Shown here piece after piece: positions 9,928 through 18,356 of a stretch of 59,207 nt of DNA. This DNA comes from a bacterium (GTDB lineage: Bacteria > Fidelibacterota > UBA8477 > JABMPR01): contig JABMPR010000256.1 of NCBI GenBank assembly GCA_013202895.1, forward strand, positions 1-59,207. The letters run 5' to 3'. The position numbers and the translations under genes were made by a program. The notes under the pieces were generated by a model, which was not told the DNA's origin, did not search any database, and saw nothing but the letters and a program-made list of their open reading frames with translations. How positions within the stretch are numbered: the stretch's first letter is position 1; every line of letters starts with the position of its first letter.

Positions 9928-10981
9928 GCATCCTGAGTTCAGCAGGAGCCTGGATGATGGTCGGCTCCAGTGTACCTTATGTCCTCGAGACTGTAAATTA
10001 TCCGATGCACAACGTGGCCTTTGTTTTGTCAGACAACGCCAGGGTAACAGGATTGCACTCACCACCTATGGACGGTCTAGTGGCTTTGTTATAGATCCGA
10101 TTGAAAAGAAACCCCTCAATCATTTTCTGCCCGGTACACCGGTGCTCTCTTTTGGGACTGCTGGGTGTAATTTGAGCTGTAAATTCTGCCAGAATTGGGA
10201 CATTAGTAAGTCTCGTGAAATGGATACGCTTCAATCTTCGGCAACGCCAGATGCTATTGTGCAAGCCGCGCTAGAACATGGCTGCAGGAGTGTCGCATTT
10301 ACATATAATGATCCTGTCATCTTTTATGAATATGCCGTTGATACTGCCATTGCCTGCCACAAAAATGGACTGAAAACGGTAGCTGTAACAGCCGGGTATA
10401 TTTCTGAGCAGGCGCGCCCGCGGTTCTTTGAACACATGGATGCTGCCAATGTCGACTTGAAAGGTTTTAGCGAGAGCTTTTATCATGATCTCTGTGCTGG
10501 CTCATTGTCTCATGTTCTGGAAACCTTATTGTATTTGGTCCATGAGTCCCAGGTTTGGATAGAAATCACAACCCTATTAATCCCAGACGAAAATGATTCT
10601 CCTGAGGAGTTGGAAGCCATGACAAAATGGATCGCAAACAATTTAGGGAAACACATCCCCCTGCACTTCACGGCGTTTCACCCTGACTATAAGTTCACAA
10701 ACAGGTCAGCCACCCCTCATCAGACACTCATGATCGCCAGAAAGATTGCTCTGAATAATGGACTCAAACACGTCTACCTGGGGAATGTCCATGATATTGA
10801 CAATGCTGCCACTTATTGCCACAACTGTGGAATAGTATTAATCACACGCATGGGTTACCAGCTCGGGGAGTGGCATCTTGATGAACAGGGTGCATGTGAG
10901 AAGTGTGGTTCACCAATCCCCGGTGTTTTCGAGGCACAAGCGGGGAATTGGGGTAATCGTTTTCAGCGTATCAGATTTTGA
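9902..10981 (+). CDS. amrS: AmmeMemoRadiSam system radical SAM enzyme
   Basis: 359 aa. Carries the CNLSCKFCQNWDIS radical-SAM cluster motif (CxxxCxxC), an N-terminal CTLCPRDC and a C-terminal CHNCG...CEKCG Cys pair. It overlaps amrA by 26 nt. Confidence 0.85.
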   Translation: MNLAMMISEHPEFSRSLDDGRLQCTLCPRDCKLSDAQRGLCFVRQRQGNRIALTTYGRSSGFVIDPIEKKPLNHFLPGTPVLSFGTAGCNLSCKFCQNWDISKSREMDTLQSSATPDAIVQAALEHGCRSVAFTYNDPVIFYEYAVDTAIACHKNGLKTVAVTAGYISEQARPRFFEHMDAANVDLKGFSESFYHDLCAGSLSHVLETLLYLVHESQVWIEITTLLIPDENDSPEELEAMTKWIANNLGKHIPLHFTAFHPDYKFTNRSATPHQTLMIARKIALNNGLKHVYLGNVHDIDNAATYCHNCGIVLITRMGYQLGEWHLDEQGACEKCGSPIPGVFEAQAGNWGNRFQRIRF

Positions 10982-11027
10982 TTCATTGCCTCGGTTGGAA
11001 TTATAATTTTTAAAAGCTTTATAATAA

Positions 11028-11053
11028 AAGAGGATCCCCATCAGGATCCTCTT
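11028..11053 (-). terminator. Rho-independent terminator hairpin between convergent genes
   Basis: A perfect 10-bp stem, AAGAGGATCC / GGATCCTCTT, with loop CCATCA. On the minus strand it is followed by a T-rich tract (CTTTTATTAT...). Confidence 0.6.
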
Positions 11054-11079
11054 CTCAATCATAGTGCTAAAGCGATGTA

Positions 11080-11625
11080 TCAGTTCATGATACCAAGGCC
11101 ATCATCACTGTCTATAATCACGCTGGCAAATTCCAGCTCAGTATCGTCGCGGTATAGAATACCCGATTTCCGTCCAAACTGACGAGCTTTATCATAATCC
11201 ATCATAAAAACATCGCCTCGACCTCTCCAACGCTTGTTCATTGTGTCTTCAACCTGCATGGGGACGACTACCCAGACTTTATCACCATATTGGATATCTC
11301 CACCCTGACCGTAGCGACTGATTAACTCGCGACTTAGTGCCAGTACTCCAGGAAAGATCTCTTTATTGCTGGCAGTAATGTTGGGGCTGTCATCAGTTTG
11401 ACCCACAAGGGCATTGTAGGCTGTGAATACAAGTGGATGCCCTTCTGTAAATAGATCCAGGGCTGCAGCCATTTCTTCGATGTATGTGGTTAACGAATCT
11501 TTTATCAGTAATTCTTGAGAATTTATTTTTCTGATCTCTGCTTTGTGTTTCACTTCACGATTACCCAGAAATCCCAAGAAAAGGACTAATATTATCGTGT
11601 ATATGAATATATGTTTGTCTTTCAT
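11080..11625 (-). CDS. Membrane-anchored or secreted protein, possibly a 3D/DPBB (MltA-like) domain
   Basis: I prefer the start at ATG 11625 because GAGGA lies 4 nt upstream; the ORF track's start is at 11682. An N-terminal hydrophobic anchor IFIYTIILVLFLGFLG is present. The C-terminal segment with spaced Asp residues (QTDDSP...YGDKVWVV...VEDTMNKRWRGRGDVFM) resembles 3D-domain proteins. The family call is tentative. Confidence 0.4.
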   Translation of the reverse strand: MKDKHIFIYTIILVLFLGFLGNREVKHKAEIRKINSQELLIKDSLTTYIEEMAAALDLFTEGHPLVFTAYNALVGQTDDSPNITASNKEIFPGVLALSRELISRYGQGGDIQYGDKVWVVVPMQVEDTMNKRWRGRGDVFMMDYDKARQFGRKSGILYRDDTELEFASVIIDSDDGLGIMN

Positions 11626-12099
11626 TTTTCCTCTATTATGTACATTTTTTTGTCTATTATTAATTAAGTTTGATTTTTTCATGGGATGATTGTCTTTGAG
11701 GCGCTAGTATAGACGGAGCATAACGGGTCAACAAGCATTAAATTGCGTTGCATTTGGTACTCATATCGCATCCGTGACTAATATCACAAAGAATTTCTCC
11801 TTTCATTCGCGAATGTAGGCAAGTCATTGATAATAAAAGTGATAAATGTCAATTTTGTCATATTGCTTACACTCTTAAATGACTTCCGGGGTGTTTAACT
11901 CCTAATCTTTAGTATTTACTTATTTTGGGACGCAGTCATTTTCTGAGCCAAAGTTACAACCCCACTGTAACCCAGTGATGCCGATTTCAGCAGATGATGA
12001 TGTAATTGGGAAAATCATTCAACCGATTTTACTTGGAGACAACCTGAAAACGGGAAAATTCTGCCTTTAAGATAATGTGGCTATTATAGAGGTCTTCCA

Positions 12100-13116
12100 A
12101 TGAGAGCATATGTGTTAAATAAAACTGGTGATACGAGAGTACTAAATATCTCAAATGTCGAACAGCCCAGTGTTGGTCCAGATGAGGTCCGAGTTAAAAT
12201 TCAAACCATTGGGTTGAATTATGCAGAAATCCAGAGTCGCAAAGGTCTATATGGTTGGAGCCCCAAACGACCATATACTCTCGGCATGGAGGCCTTTGGG
12301 GAAATTGAAGAAATTGGCGAAGCTGTAAAGGGGTTGCAATTAGGGAAGTCAGCCATCGTCATTGGCCAATATGGATGCTATGCTGAACAGGTAGTTGTCC
12401 CGGCTGCCCAGGTTTTATCAGCGTTTGGGCATTACAGTCCATCAGAAAATGCAGCAACTGCCGTTCAATTTATGACAGCCTGGGTTGCACTGATCGAGAT
12501 ATGCCGTCTACGATCATCCGATAGAGTACTCATCCAGGCTGCTGCTGGTGGTGTAGGTACCGCGGCCCTGAAATTGGCAAAAGCCCATAACTGTGAAGTC
12601 ATTGGCACCGCTGGATCAGAAATTAAACTAGAGTTGATTCGATCATTGGGAGCTGACCTGGCTATTAATTACAGGGCAGTTGACTTTGCCGAAATTATTC
12701 GAGAGAGATACTCTGGTTCTGGTGTTGATGTTGTTCTGGAAGTAGTAGGAGGTGAGGTTTTTCGCAAAAGTCTTGATCTCCTCAACCCCTTTGGCAGATT
12801 AGTGGTTATCGGATTTGCCAGCCTCAATTTGAACAAACTGAACCCCCTATCATGGTGGAAGACTTGGAAAGATATTCCGAAGGTCAAGATCGATGCCATG
12901 GCCAGGGCATCACAAGTCGTGGGAGCTAGTCATTTGGGATATCTGTTAAATGATACAGTTAGAATGAACCGGATCTGGAATGATTTAACCAGCTTTGTAA
13001 CAAAACATGATTTAAAACCTGTTGTGGGACACGAATTTACATTTGAGCAAATGCTAGAAGCGCATGCGCTCATGGAATCTCGCCAGAGCAGTGGCAAAAT
13101 CGTTGTGCATATCTAA
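12100..13116 (+). CDS. Quinone oxidoreductase / zinc-type alcohol dehydrogenase-like (MDR superfamily)
   Basis: 338 aa. It has a GroES-like N-terminus and the AAAGGVGTAALKLAK nucleotide-binding motif. Confidence 0.75.
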   Translation: MRAYVLNKTGDTRVLNISNVEQPSVGPDEVRVKIQTIGLNYAEIQSRKGLYGWSPKRPYTLGMEAFGEIEEIGEAVKGLQLGKSAIVIGQYGCYAEQVVVPAAQVLSAFGHYSPSENAATAVQFMTAWVALIEICRLRSSDRVLIQAAAGGVGTAALKLAKAHNCEVIGTAGSEIKLELIRSLGADLAINYRAVDFAEIIRERYSGSGVDVVLEVVGGEVFRKSLDLLNPFGRLVVIGFASLNLNKLNPLSWWKTWKDIPKVKIDAMARASQVVGASHLGYLLNDTVRMNRIWNDLTSFVTKHDLKPVVGHEFTFEQMLEAHALMESRQSSGKIVVHI

Positions 13117-13172
13117 TATCACTCATTCATACCCTGGTGTGTCAGCATGCAAAATTCTGATTATATTGACAG

Positions 13173-13910
13173 ATGAGTTTTTCCCAAATCCTGTTTAGAA
13201 CAGCAGCCGAAGCCCAACGGACATGTATAGGTATTCTGGGGGCCGGTGGGAAAACGACACTTATGCATACGCTGGGCGAGGAATTATCCAAACACCATTC
13301 CCCTGTTATCCTGTCTTCCCTGACCAAGGCAAGTAGGTCTGCGGATCACGCTGTTCATTTTTATCTAGAATTCGAGTCAGAGGAAACCAGAAACGAACTG
13401 CTTGTTAATAATCCTCTGTATATTATGGGTGAAATTGAGGACGAACAAAAACTAGCTGGAGTGGATGAAGGTCAGTTGCAAAGTCTGTACGAAGCATCCG
13501 AAGTCACTATCTTTGAATGTGATGGTGCTAGAAAAAAATCAATTAAAGCACACCAACCTTTTGACCCGGTGTTTCCTGAATTCACCACGCACGGCATCAT
13601 TGTTGTCGGCGCAGATGCAGTTGGTGCCCGAGTTGATGGGAAATTGGTTCATCGTCCGGAATTATTTCGGGAAATATGGGATGTAGACGTCAACTATGAG
13701 TTGGAACCCGCATTTATTGCCAAAGTCCTCACCAGCCAGTATGGTTATCTGCAGAAAGTACCCAAAGATGTAGAATTTGCCTATTTTGTCAACAAATCTG
13801 ATACTTTCCCAGATGAAGCAGAGCAGTTGGCTCAGGCGCTTGCGACGGTCTCAAGAGCAGCAGTATATTATGGCAGCATAAAAAAGAATATTCTGATAAA
13901 GACCCTTTAA
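13173..13910 (+). CDS. yqeC: YqeC-family accessory protein of selenium-dependent molybdenum hydroxylases
   Basis: 245 aa. Carries the P-loop-like GILGAGGKTTLMHTLGEEL and ECDGARK motifs typical of YqeC. It shares an operon with ygfJ, yqeB and xdhC homologues. Confidence 0.7.
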   Translation: MSFSQILFRTAAEAQRTCIGILGAGGKTTLMHTLGEELSKHHSPVILSSLTKASRSADHAVHFYLEFESEETRNELLVNNPLYIMGEIEDEQKLAGVDEGQLQSLYEASEVTIFECDGARKKSIKAHQPFDPVFPEFTTHGIIVVGADAVGARVDGKLVHRPELFREIWDVDVNYELEPAFIAKVLTSQYGYLQKVPKDVEFAYFVNKSDTFPDEAEQLAQALATVSRAAVYYGSIKKNILIKTL

Positions 13911-14497
13911 TGCTGAATCTAGCCATGATTATCACTGCGGCAGGGCGCTCAACGCGATTCCCACCAAATAAACTGCTGAACAAGCTGGAAAAACGAACGG
14001 CAATCGAACATACCATAAACACTTTTATCGATTTTGATCTGGATCTTTATGTCATCCTTGGTTATCAAAGCGACTTGATACAGGATGTTCTCGAAAAAAA
14101 CTATGGGAGTAAACTGATCTTTGAATACAACACTCAATTTCACACTGGTCTTTCAAGCTCTGTGATCACCGGAATTAAAGCTGCTGGTAGAACCTACGAC
14201 TACTGGTGTTTTTGTCCAGGTGATAAACCTTTCATTCAGCAAAAAACCGTTAGGTTGCTGATCCAGAAACTCGAACAGGAAAAGCCTCTGATTCTGGCTC
14301 CTCGTTTTCAAAATAAACCGGGGCATCCCACCTTTTTCTCAACTGAATTATCCCCACAGTTTAGTGCTGCTACTGGTGACGTTGGCGGTCGCCAGATCAT
14401 CGATGCTTTTCGTCACGAAACATTATTCTGGGATGTGGCTGATGAGGGGGTCAGCCTAGATATGGACTACTATCTTGAATTTGAGAATGTTCGCTGA
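13910..14497 (+). CDS. MobA/MocA-like nucleotidyltransferase (YgfJ-family Mo-hydroxylase accessory protein)
   Basis: 195 aa. The N-terminal IITAAGRSTRF motif and PGDKPF are characteristic of the MocA/YgfJ family. Its start overlaps the yqeC stop as TAATG. Confidence 0.75.
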   Translation: MLNLAMIITAAGRSTRFPPNKLLNKLEKRTAIEHTINTFIDFDLDLYVILGYQSDLIQDVLEKNYGSKLIFEYNTQFHTGLSSSVITGIKAAGRTYDYWCFCPGDKPFIQQKTVRLLIQKLEQEKPLILAPRFQNKPGHPTFFSTELSPQFSAATGDVGGRQIIDAFRHETLFWDVADEGVSLDMDYYLEFENVR

Positions 14498-15293
14498 AAT
14501 CCTGGTGTGGGTCAGAGGTACCGGTGAACTGGGTAGTGCGGTTGCCCATTTACTGCATAGGGTAGGCTTTTCCGTTTTCCTGTCCGAAATCTCCCCACCC
14601 CTGGCGATTCGCAGAGCAGTTTGTTTCAGTAGGGCCATACTTGAAGATGAATCTGAGGTTGAGGGTGTTGTGGCAAGATATATAAATGGATTCGGCACTG
14701 CCCCTATTGCTAAAGCAGATGTTATACCACTATATAAAGACACTCCCCAAAAATTAATGGATTACAAACCATCCGTGCTAATTGATGCACGCATGATCAA
14801 ACACTATAATGATGATTTTCGTTCCTGGGCCGATCTGGTTATTGGTCTTGGACCAGGTTTTAATACCAGCAGCAACTGTGACCTGATTATCGAAACCAAA
14901 CGTGGCCATGATCTTGGGCGAGTCATCACTTCAGGCAAGGCGCTTTCCAATACAGGAATACCGGGTAATGTTGGAGGCGAGACAGCCAATCGCTTGATAA
15001 AATCTCCCACAGCTGGGTTGGTTAGCTGGCAGGTTGATTTCGGAGAGCTTGTTTCAAAAGGACAGCAACTCGGTGATATCGATCAATCGGTTCCAATTTA
15101 CGCCCCGCTTGATGGAATGGTGCGCGGAATGATCTCCCCTGAGACACCAGTGACTAAAAATATGAAGATTGGTGATATTGATCCCAGGGGTTCCGAAGTG
15201 AGATATCTACAGATTTCAGATAAGGCACGCATGATTGCTTCAGGAGTGCTTGAGGCGATTGTCCTGCATTTGAATGTGAGCACAAATGATTAA
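14475..15293 (+). CDS. yqeB: YqeB-family selenium-dependent molybdenum hydroxylase system protein
   Basis: 272 aa. The N-terminal VWVRGTGELGSAVAHLLHRVGF and the C-terminal lipoyl/biotinyl-like YAPLDGMVRG...IGDIDPRG segment resemble the YqeB family. The true start may be Met 14487. Confidence 0.65.
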   Translation: MNLRMFAEILVWVRGTGELGSAVAHLLHRVGFSVFLSEISPPLAIRRAVCFSRAILEDESEVEGVVARYINGFGTAPIAKADVIPLYKDTPQKLMDYKPSVLIDARMIKHYNDDFRSWADLVIGLGPGFNTSSNCDLIIETKRGHDLGRVITSGKALSNTGIPGNVGGETANRLIKSPTAGLVSWQVDFGELVSKGQQLGDIDQSVPIYAPLDGMVRGMISPETPVTKNMKIGDIDPRGSEVRYLQISDKARMIASGVLEAIVLHLNVSTND

Positions 15294-16305
15294 AGCAATT
15301 TTGCAGCATGGCGCCACGGTTGCAGGAAAACATCCATCTGTTTTATGTTCTGTTGTCCAATGGAAGGGTTCTGTTCCCAGGAAAGACTTCCCCATGATGC
15401 TGGTTCTGGAGGATGGATCAGTTATCGGAACCATTGGTGGTGGTTCGATGGAACATATGATTGCAGAAACTGCAGTGCAAATGCTACAGGATAGTTCTGA
15501 ACCGCAACTCTTTGATTTTGACATGACAGGTACCGATGTTAATGCTGATGTGGGCTTATGTGGTGGGACCGTCAAAGTTTTGGTAGAGCCCTTCACTGAA
15601 TCCATTGCATCCTTTTATAAGAAAATGCTCGCTCAAGCGCCTGAGAATAGAAAGCTCATGGTCAGATTGATCGTAGATGGCGGTGATGCAAATAGAGTCA
15701 CCCGTACATTGATTGAATCTAATAAGGATATCAGTGAATTAGATCCTGCTCTACAAGATCAGATCAAAAAGAATTTTGACCATCAACAATCCAGAGCATT
15801 CAGGGTTGGCGATAAACATCACCTCTTATGGCAACCTTTTTCAACTCCAAGAATCCATATTTTCGGTGCTGGCCATGTTGGTCAATCCGTTGCTGCTCTG
15901 GCTCATTTCAATGGGCTAACGGTACAGGTTTATGATGATCGTCCTGATCTCCTAACTGAAGATCGGTTTCCCAATGCCAATAGAATCGAAATGGCATTCC
16001 CAATTAACTGGGATAAGCTTCCAGCTATTGAAGAATCTGCTTTTGTCTTGATCGCGAGTCGTAAGCATAAGCACGATCGTGAATTACTGATGGGGCTACT
16101 CAAAGTGCCACTTAAATATGTCGGTCTTGTCAGCAGTACACGCAAATGGAGAATCCTTGCTGAAAGTCTGGTCAGCAGTGGTTTCGATTCAGCATCAGTA
16201 TCCAGAGTTCATGCTCCTGTGGGTCTCGATATTGCAGCTCAAACCGTCCCCGAAATTGCTATCAGTATTATGTCTGAGATGATCAGAGAGTATCGTAAGA
16301 TATGA
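15286..16305 (+). CDS. XdhC/CoxI-family molybdenum cofactor insertion chaperone
   Basis: 339 aa. The N-terminal XdhC_CoxI segment (VVQWKGSVPRK...GTIGGG) is followed by the Rossmann-like IFGAGHVGQSVAAL. Its start overlaps the yqeB stop as ATGATTAA. Confidence 0.8.
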   Translation: MIKAILQHGATVAGKHPSVLCSVVQWKGSVPRKDFPMMLVLEDGSVIGTIGGGSMEHMIAETAVQMLQDSSEPQLFDFDMTGTDVNADVGLCGGTVKVLVEPFTESIASFYKKMLAQAPENRKLMVRLIVDGGDANRVTRTLIESNKDISELDPALQDQIKKNFDHQQSRAFRVGDKHHLLWQPFSTPRIHIFGAGHVGQSVAALAHFNGLTVQVYDDRPDLLTEDRFPNANRIEMAFPINWDKLPAIEESAFVLIASRKHKHDRELLMGLLKVPLKYVGLVSSTRKWRILAESLVSSGFDSASVSRVHAPVGLDIAAQTVPEIAISIMSEMIREYRKI

Positions 16306-16386
16306 ACTGCTTGTCCATCCTGTTGATCCAGGGATGTAAGAAATCCTGATTTAGATGAACCTTTCCTAATATCTGATAAATCTAGC

Positions 16387-16578
16387 CTATTGAGACAGAA
16401 ATAACGCCGCGCCAGTTGCACCTCTCACCACTGAGATGGCTGAAACGAAGACATAGAACCAATTTAGATCAGGAAATCCTAAATATACTACTGCCATGAC
16501 AATGGCAATGATGATCCCCTGGATACTTTCAGTTTTGTGGATCAGGGATAACTCACGTTCATCTGGAATATATTTCAT
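16387..16578 (-). CDS. Small integral membrane protein, 3' portion; the same frame stays open upstream through a TAG to ATG 16722
   Basis: The 63-aa ORF has two hydrophobic helices. Upstream in the same frame lie 28 further hydrophobic codons, then TAG (16663..16665), then 19 codons back to an ATG that overlaps the XRE gene's stop as ATGA. Confidence 0.45.
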   Translation of the reverse strand: MKYIPDERELSLIHKTESIQGIIIAIVMAVVYLGFPDLNWFYVFVSAISVVRGATGAALFLSQ

Positions 16579-16718
16579 TTGAACGATAACCAGTACAGCG
16601 ATGAATGGAATTGCTCCATAAACAACCCCTATGAGTCCAAATTCGGTACAAGCAATATATGTCTAAAACCCACTCAAAAACTGGATGATAAACATCATCA
16701 AATAATTCCCGCGAAATG

Positions 16719-16928
16719 TCATGAATCTTTCTTCCCCATAAAAAAAATTTTCTCGATACTGGTTTCAAAAAAAGCAGCGATCTTTAAAGCAGATAATACT
16801 GAAGGGACGAACTTGCCCCGCTCGATTGAATGTATGCTTTGACGACTAAGCCCCACTGATTTTGCCAGCTGCTCCTGGGTGATATCTCGCCTAGCTCGCC
16901 AAACCTTCAATTCATTTGTTAATTCCAT
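16719..16928 (-). CDS. XRE-family helix-turn-helix transcriptional regulator (short, about 69 aa)
   Basis: MELTNELKVWRARRDITQEQLAKSVGLSRQSIHSIERGKFVPS is a classic Cro/C1-type HTH. I prefer the internal Met (16928) over the longest ORF (16982). Confidence 0.8.
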   Translation of the reverse strand: MELTNELKVWRARRDITQEQLAKSVGLSRQSIHSIERGKFVPSVLSALKIAAFFETSIEKIFFMGKKDS

Positions 16929-16950
16929 AATGCCCTCAAAATAAATTCGA

Positions 16951-16999
16951 ATTAATGTAATGTATAATATGCATAATGTCATGTTCGCATTACATTATT
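16951..16999. promoter_or_regulatory. Inverted repeat (candidate operator) in the divergent XRE/MFS promoter region
   Basis: The arms ATTAATGTAATG (16951..16962) and CATTACATTATT (16988..16999) match at 11 of 12 positions, with a perfect 10-bp core. The spacer contains TATAAT (16963..16968). Confidence 0.4.
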
Positions 17000-17092
17000 A
17001 TAAATATAATAGACACTGCCCAAACCCTTTGCCCGCAAATAGACGTTAAAACACATTTGTCCGCTCCTCGTTTTGGATTAGCCTTGCTGCTT

Positions 17093-18250
17093 ATGGAAAA
17101 CATCAAAAGGGATCGCATGTTTATTTTCCTGGCAGTTATGTCCGTTGCTTCAACAGTGGGCTTCCAAGTCTGGCGAACTCTATTCAATAATTTTGCAGTA
17201 GAAGTTGTTGGCTTAGGCGGGAATCATATTGGAATGATTCAATCAATTCGGGAAATACCTGGATTTCTGGCACTCCTGGTGGTTTATGTGACATTGATAA
17301 TAAAGGAACACCATTTATCTGCTATTTCGATTTCTTTGCTGGGAATTGGAGTGGCATTGACTGGTCTTTTTCCTTCTTATGTGGGATTGATTTTCACTAC
17401 GCTGTTTATGAGTTTTGGCTTCCATTATTTTGAAACAACCAATCAATCGCTGACCCTACAATATTTTGATATAAAGACATCTCCCTGGGTTATGGGAAAA
17501 ATGCGCAGCTATTCCTCGGCTGCTGCGATTATCATTGGTTTGATTATACTTCTGGTCAATGATTACCTCAGCTACGAGGTGATGTTCGGAGTACTGGGGT
17601 CTTTGATTATTCTTGCTGGTATTTGGGGGGTAATGCAAAATCCCACTCGCGAGGATTTGGTTCCGCAACATAAAAAGATGATTCTGCGGAAACGCTATAG
17701 CCTGTATTATTTCTTAACCTTTATGGCTGGTGCACGGCGTCAGATCTTTGTGGCCTTCGCTGTTTTTCTGCTGGTAGAGAGGTTCCAATTCAGTGTAAGG
17801 GAGATCACCCTGCTCTTTATGCTAAATAATGCCATCAACTATTTTGTGAGCCCCTTGATAGGAAAAGCTATCATTCGCTTTGGGGAACAGAAAGTGCTAT
17901 CCACCGAATATCTGAGCCTGATATTTATTTTTATTGCCTATGCAACGGTGGAATCCAAAGCAGTTATTGCCATACTATACATTTTCGATCATGTCTTTTT
18001 TAATTTTTCAATGGCTATTCGTACCTTTTTCCAGAAAATTGGAAATCCGGAGCATATGGCACCCACAATGGCTGCGGGCTTTACAATCAATCATATCGCC
18101 GCAGTTATTATTCCTGTATTGGGAGGCTTAGCCTGGATTGTAGATTATCGCATACCTTTTTTCGCAGGAGCTATCATGAGTCTAATTTCTCTGGTTGCAG
18201 TTCAATTTATATCCAGCAACATAAACAAAGCAGAGTTAAGGCACATTTAA
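17093..18250 (+). CDS. MFS-type transporter
   Basis: About 385 aa counted from Met 17093 (the ORF track's start is at 16976). It has 10-12 predicted TM helices in two halves. The substrate is unknown. Confidence 0.6.
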   Translation: MENIKRDRMFIFLAVMSVASTVGFQVWRTLFNNFAVEVVGLGGNHIGMIQSIREIPGFLALLVVYVTLIIKEHHLSAISISLLGIGVALTGLFPSYVGLIFTTLFMSFGFHYFETTNQSLTLQYFDIKTSPWVMGKMRSYSSAAAIIIGLIILLVNDYLSYEVMFGVLGSLIILAGIWGVMQNPTREDLVPQHKKMILRKRYSLYYFLTFMAGARRQIFVAFAVFLLVERFQFSVREITLLFMLNNAINYFVSPLIGKAIIRFGEQKVLSTEYLSLIFIFIAYATVESKAVIAILYIFDHVFFNFSMAIRTFFQKIGNPEHMAPTMAAGFTINHIAAVIIPVLGGLAWIVDYRIPFFAGAIMSLISLVAVQFISSNINKAELRHI

Positions 18251-18356
18251 GTCTTCATGGTTAAGGAACGCTTTCCGCATAGCTTTAAATTTTTTATGTT
18301 TGAATGATTGGCAAGACCCGTTTCATCTTTTAGCTTAATACAGAAAGGAACTATTT

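Noticed and set aside
11978-12070. 30-codon ORF (MPISADDDVIGKIIQPILLGDNLKTGKFCL) in the 474-nt intergenic region upstream of the quinone oxidoreductase gene
   Set aside because: It has no SD-like sequence, no hydrophobic or Cys pattern and no recognisable family. I also see no convincing structured RNA in this unusually long intergenic region.
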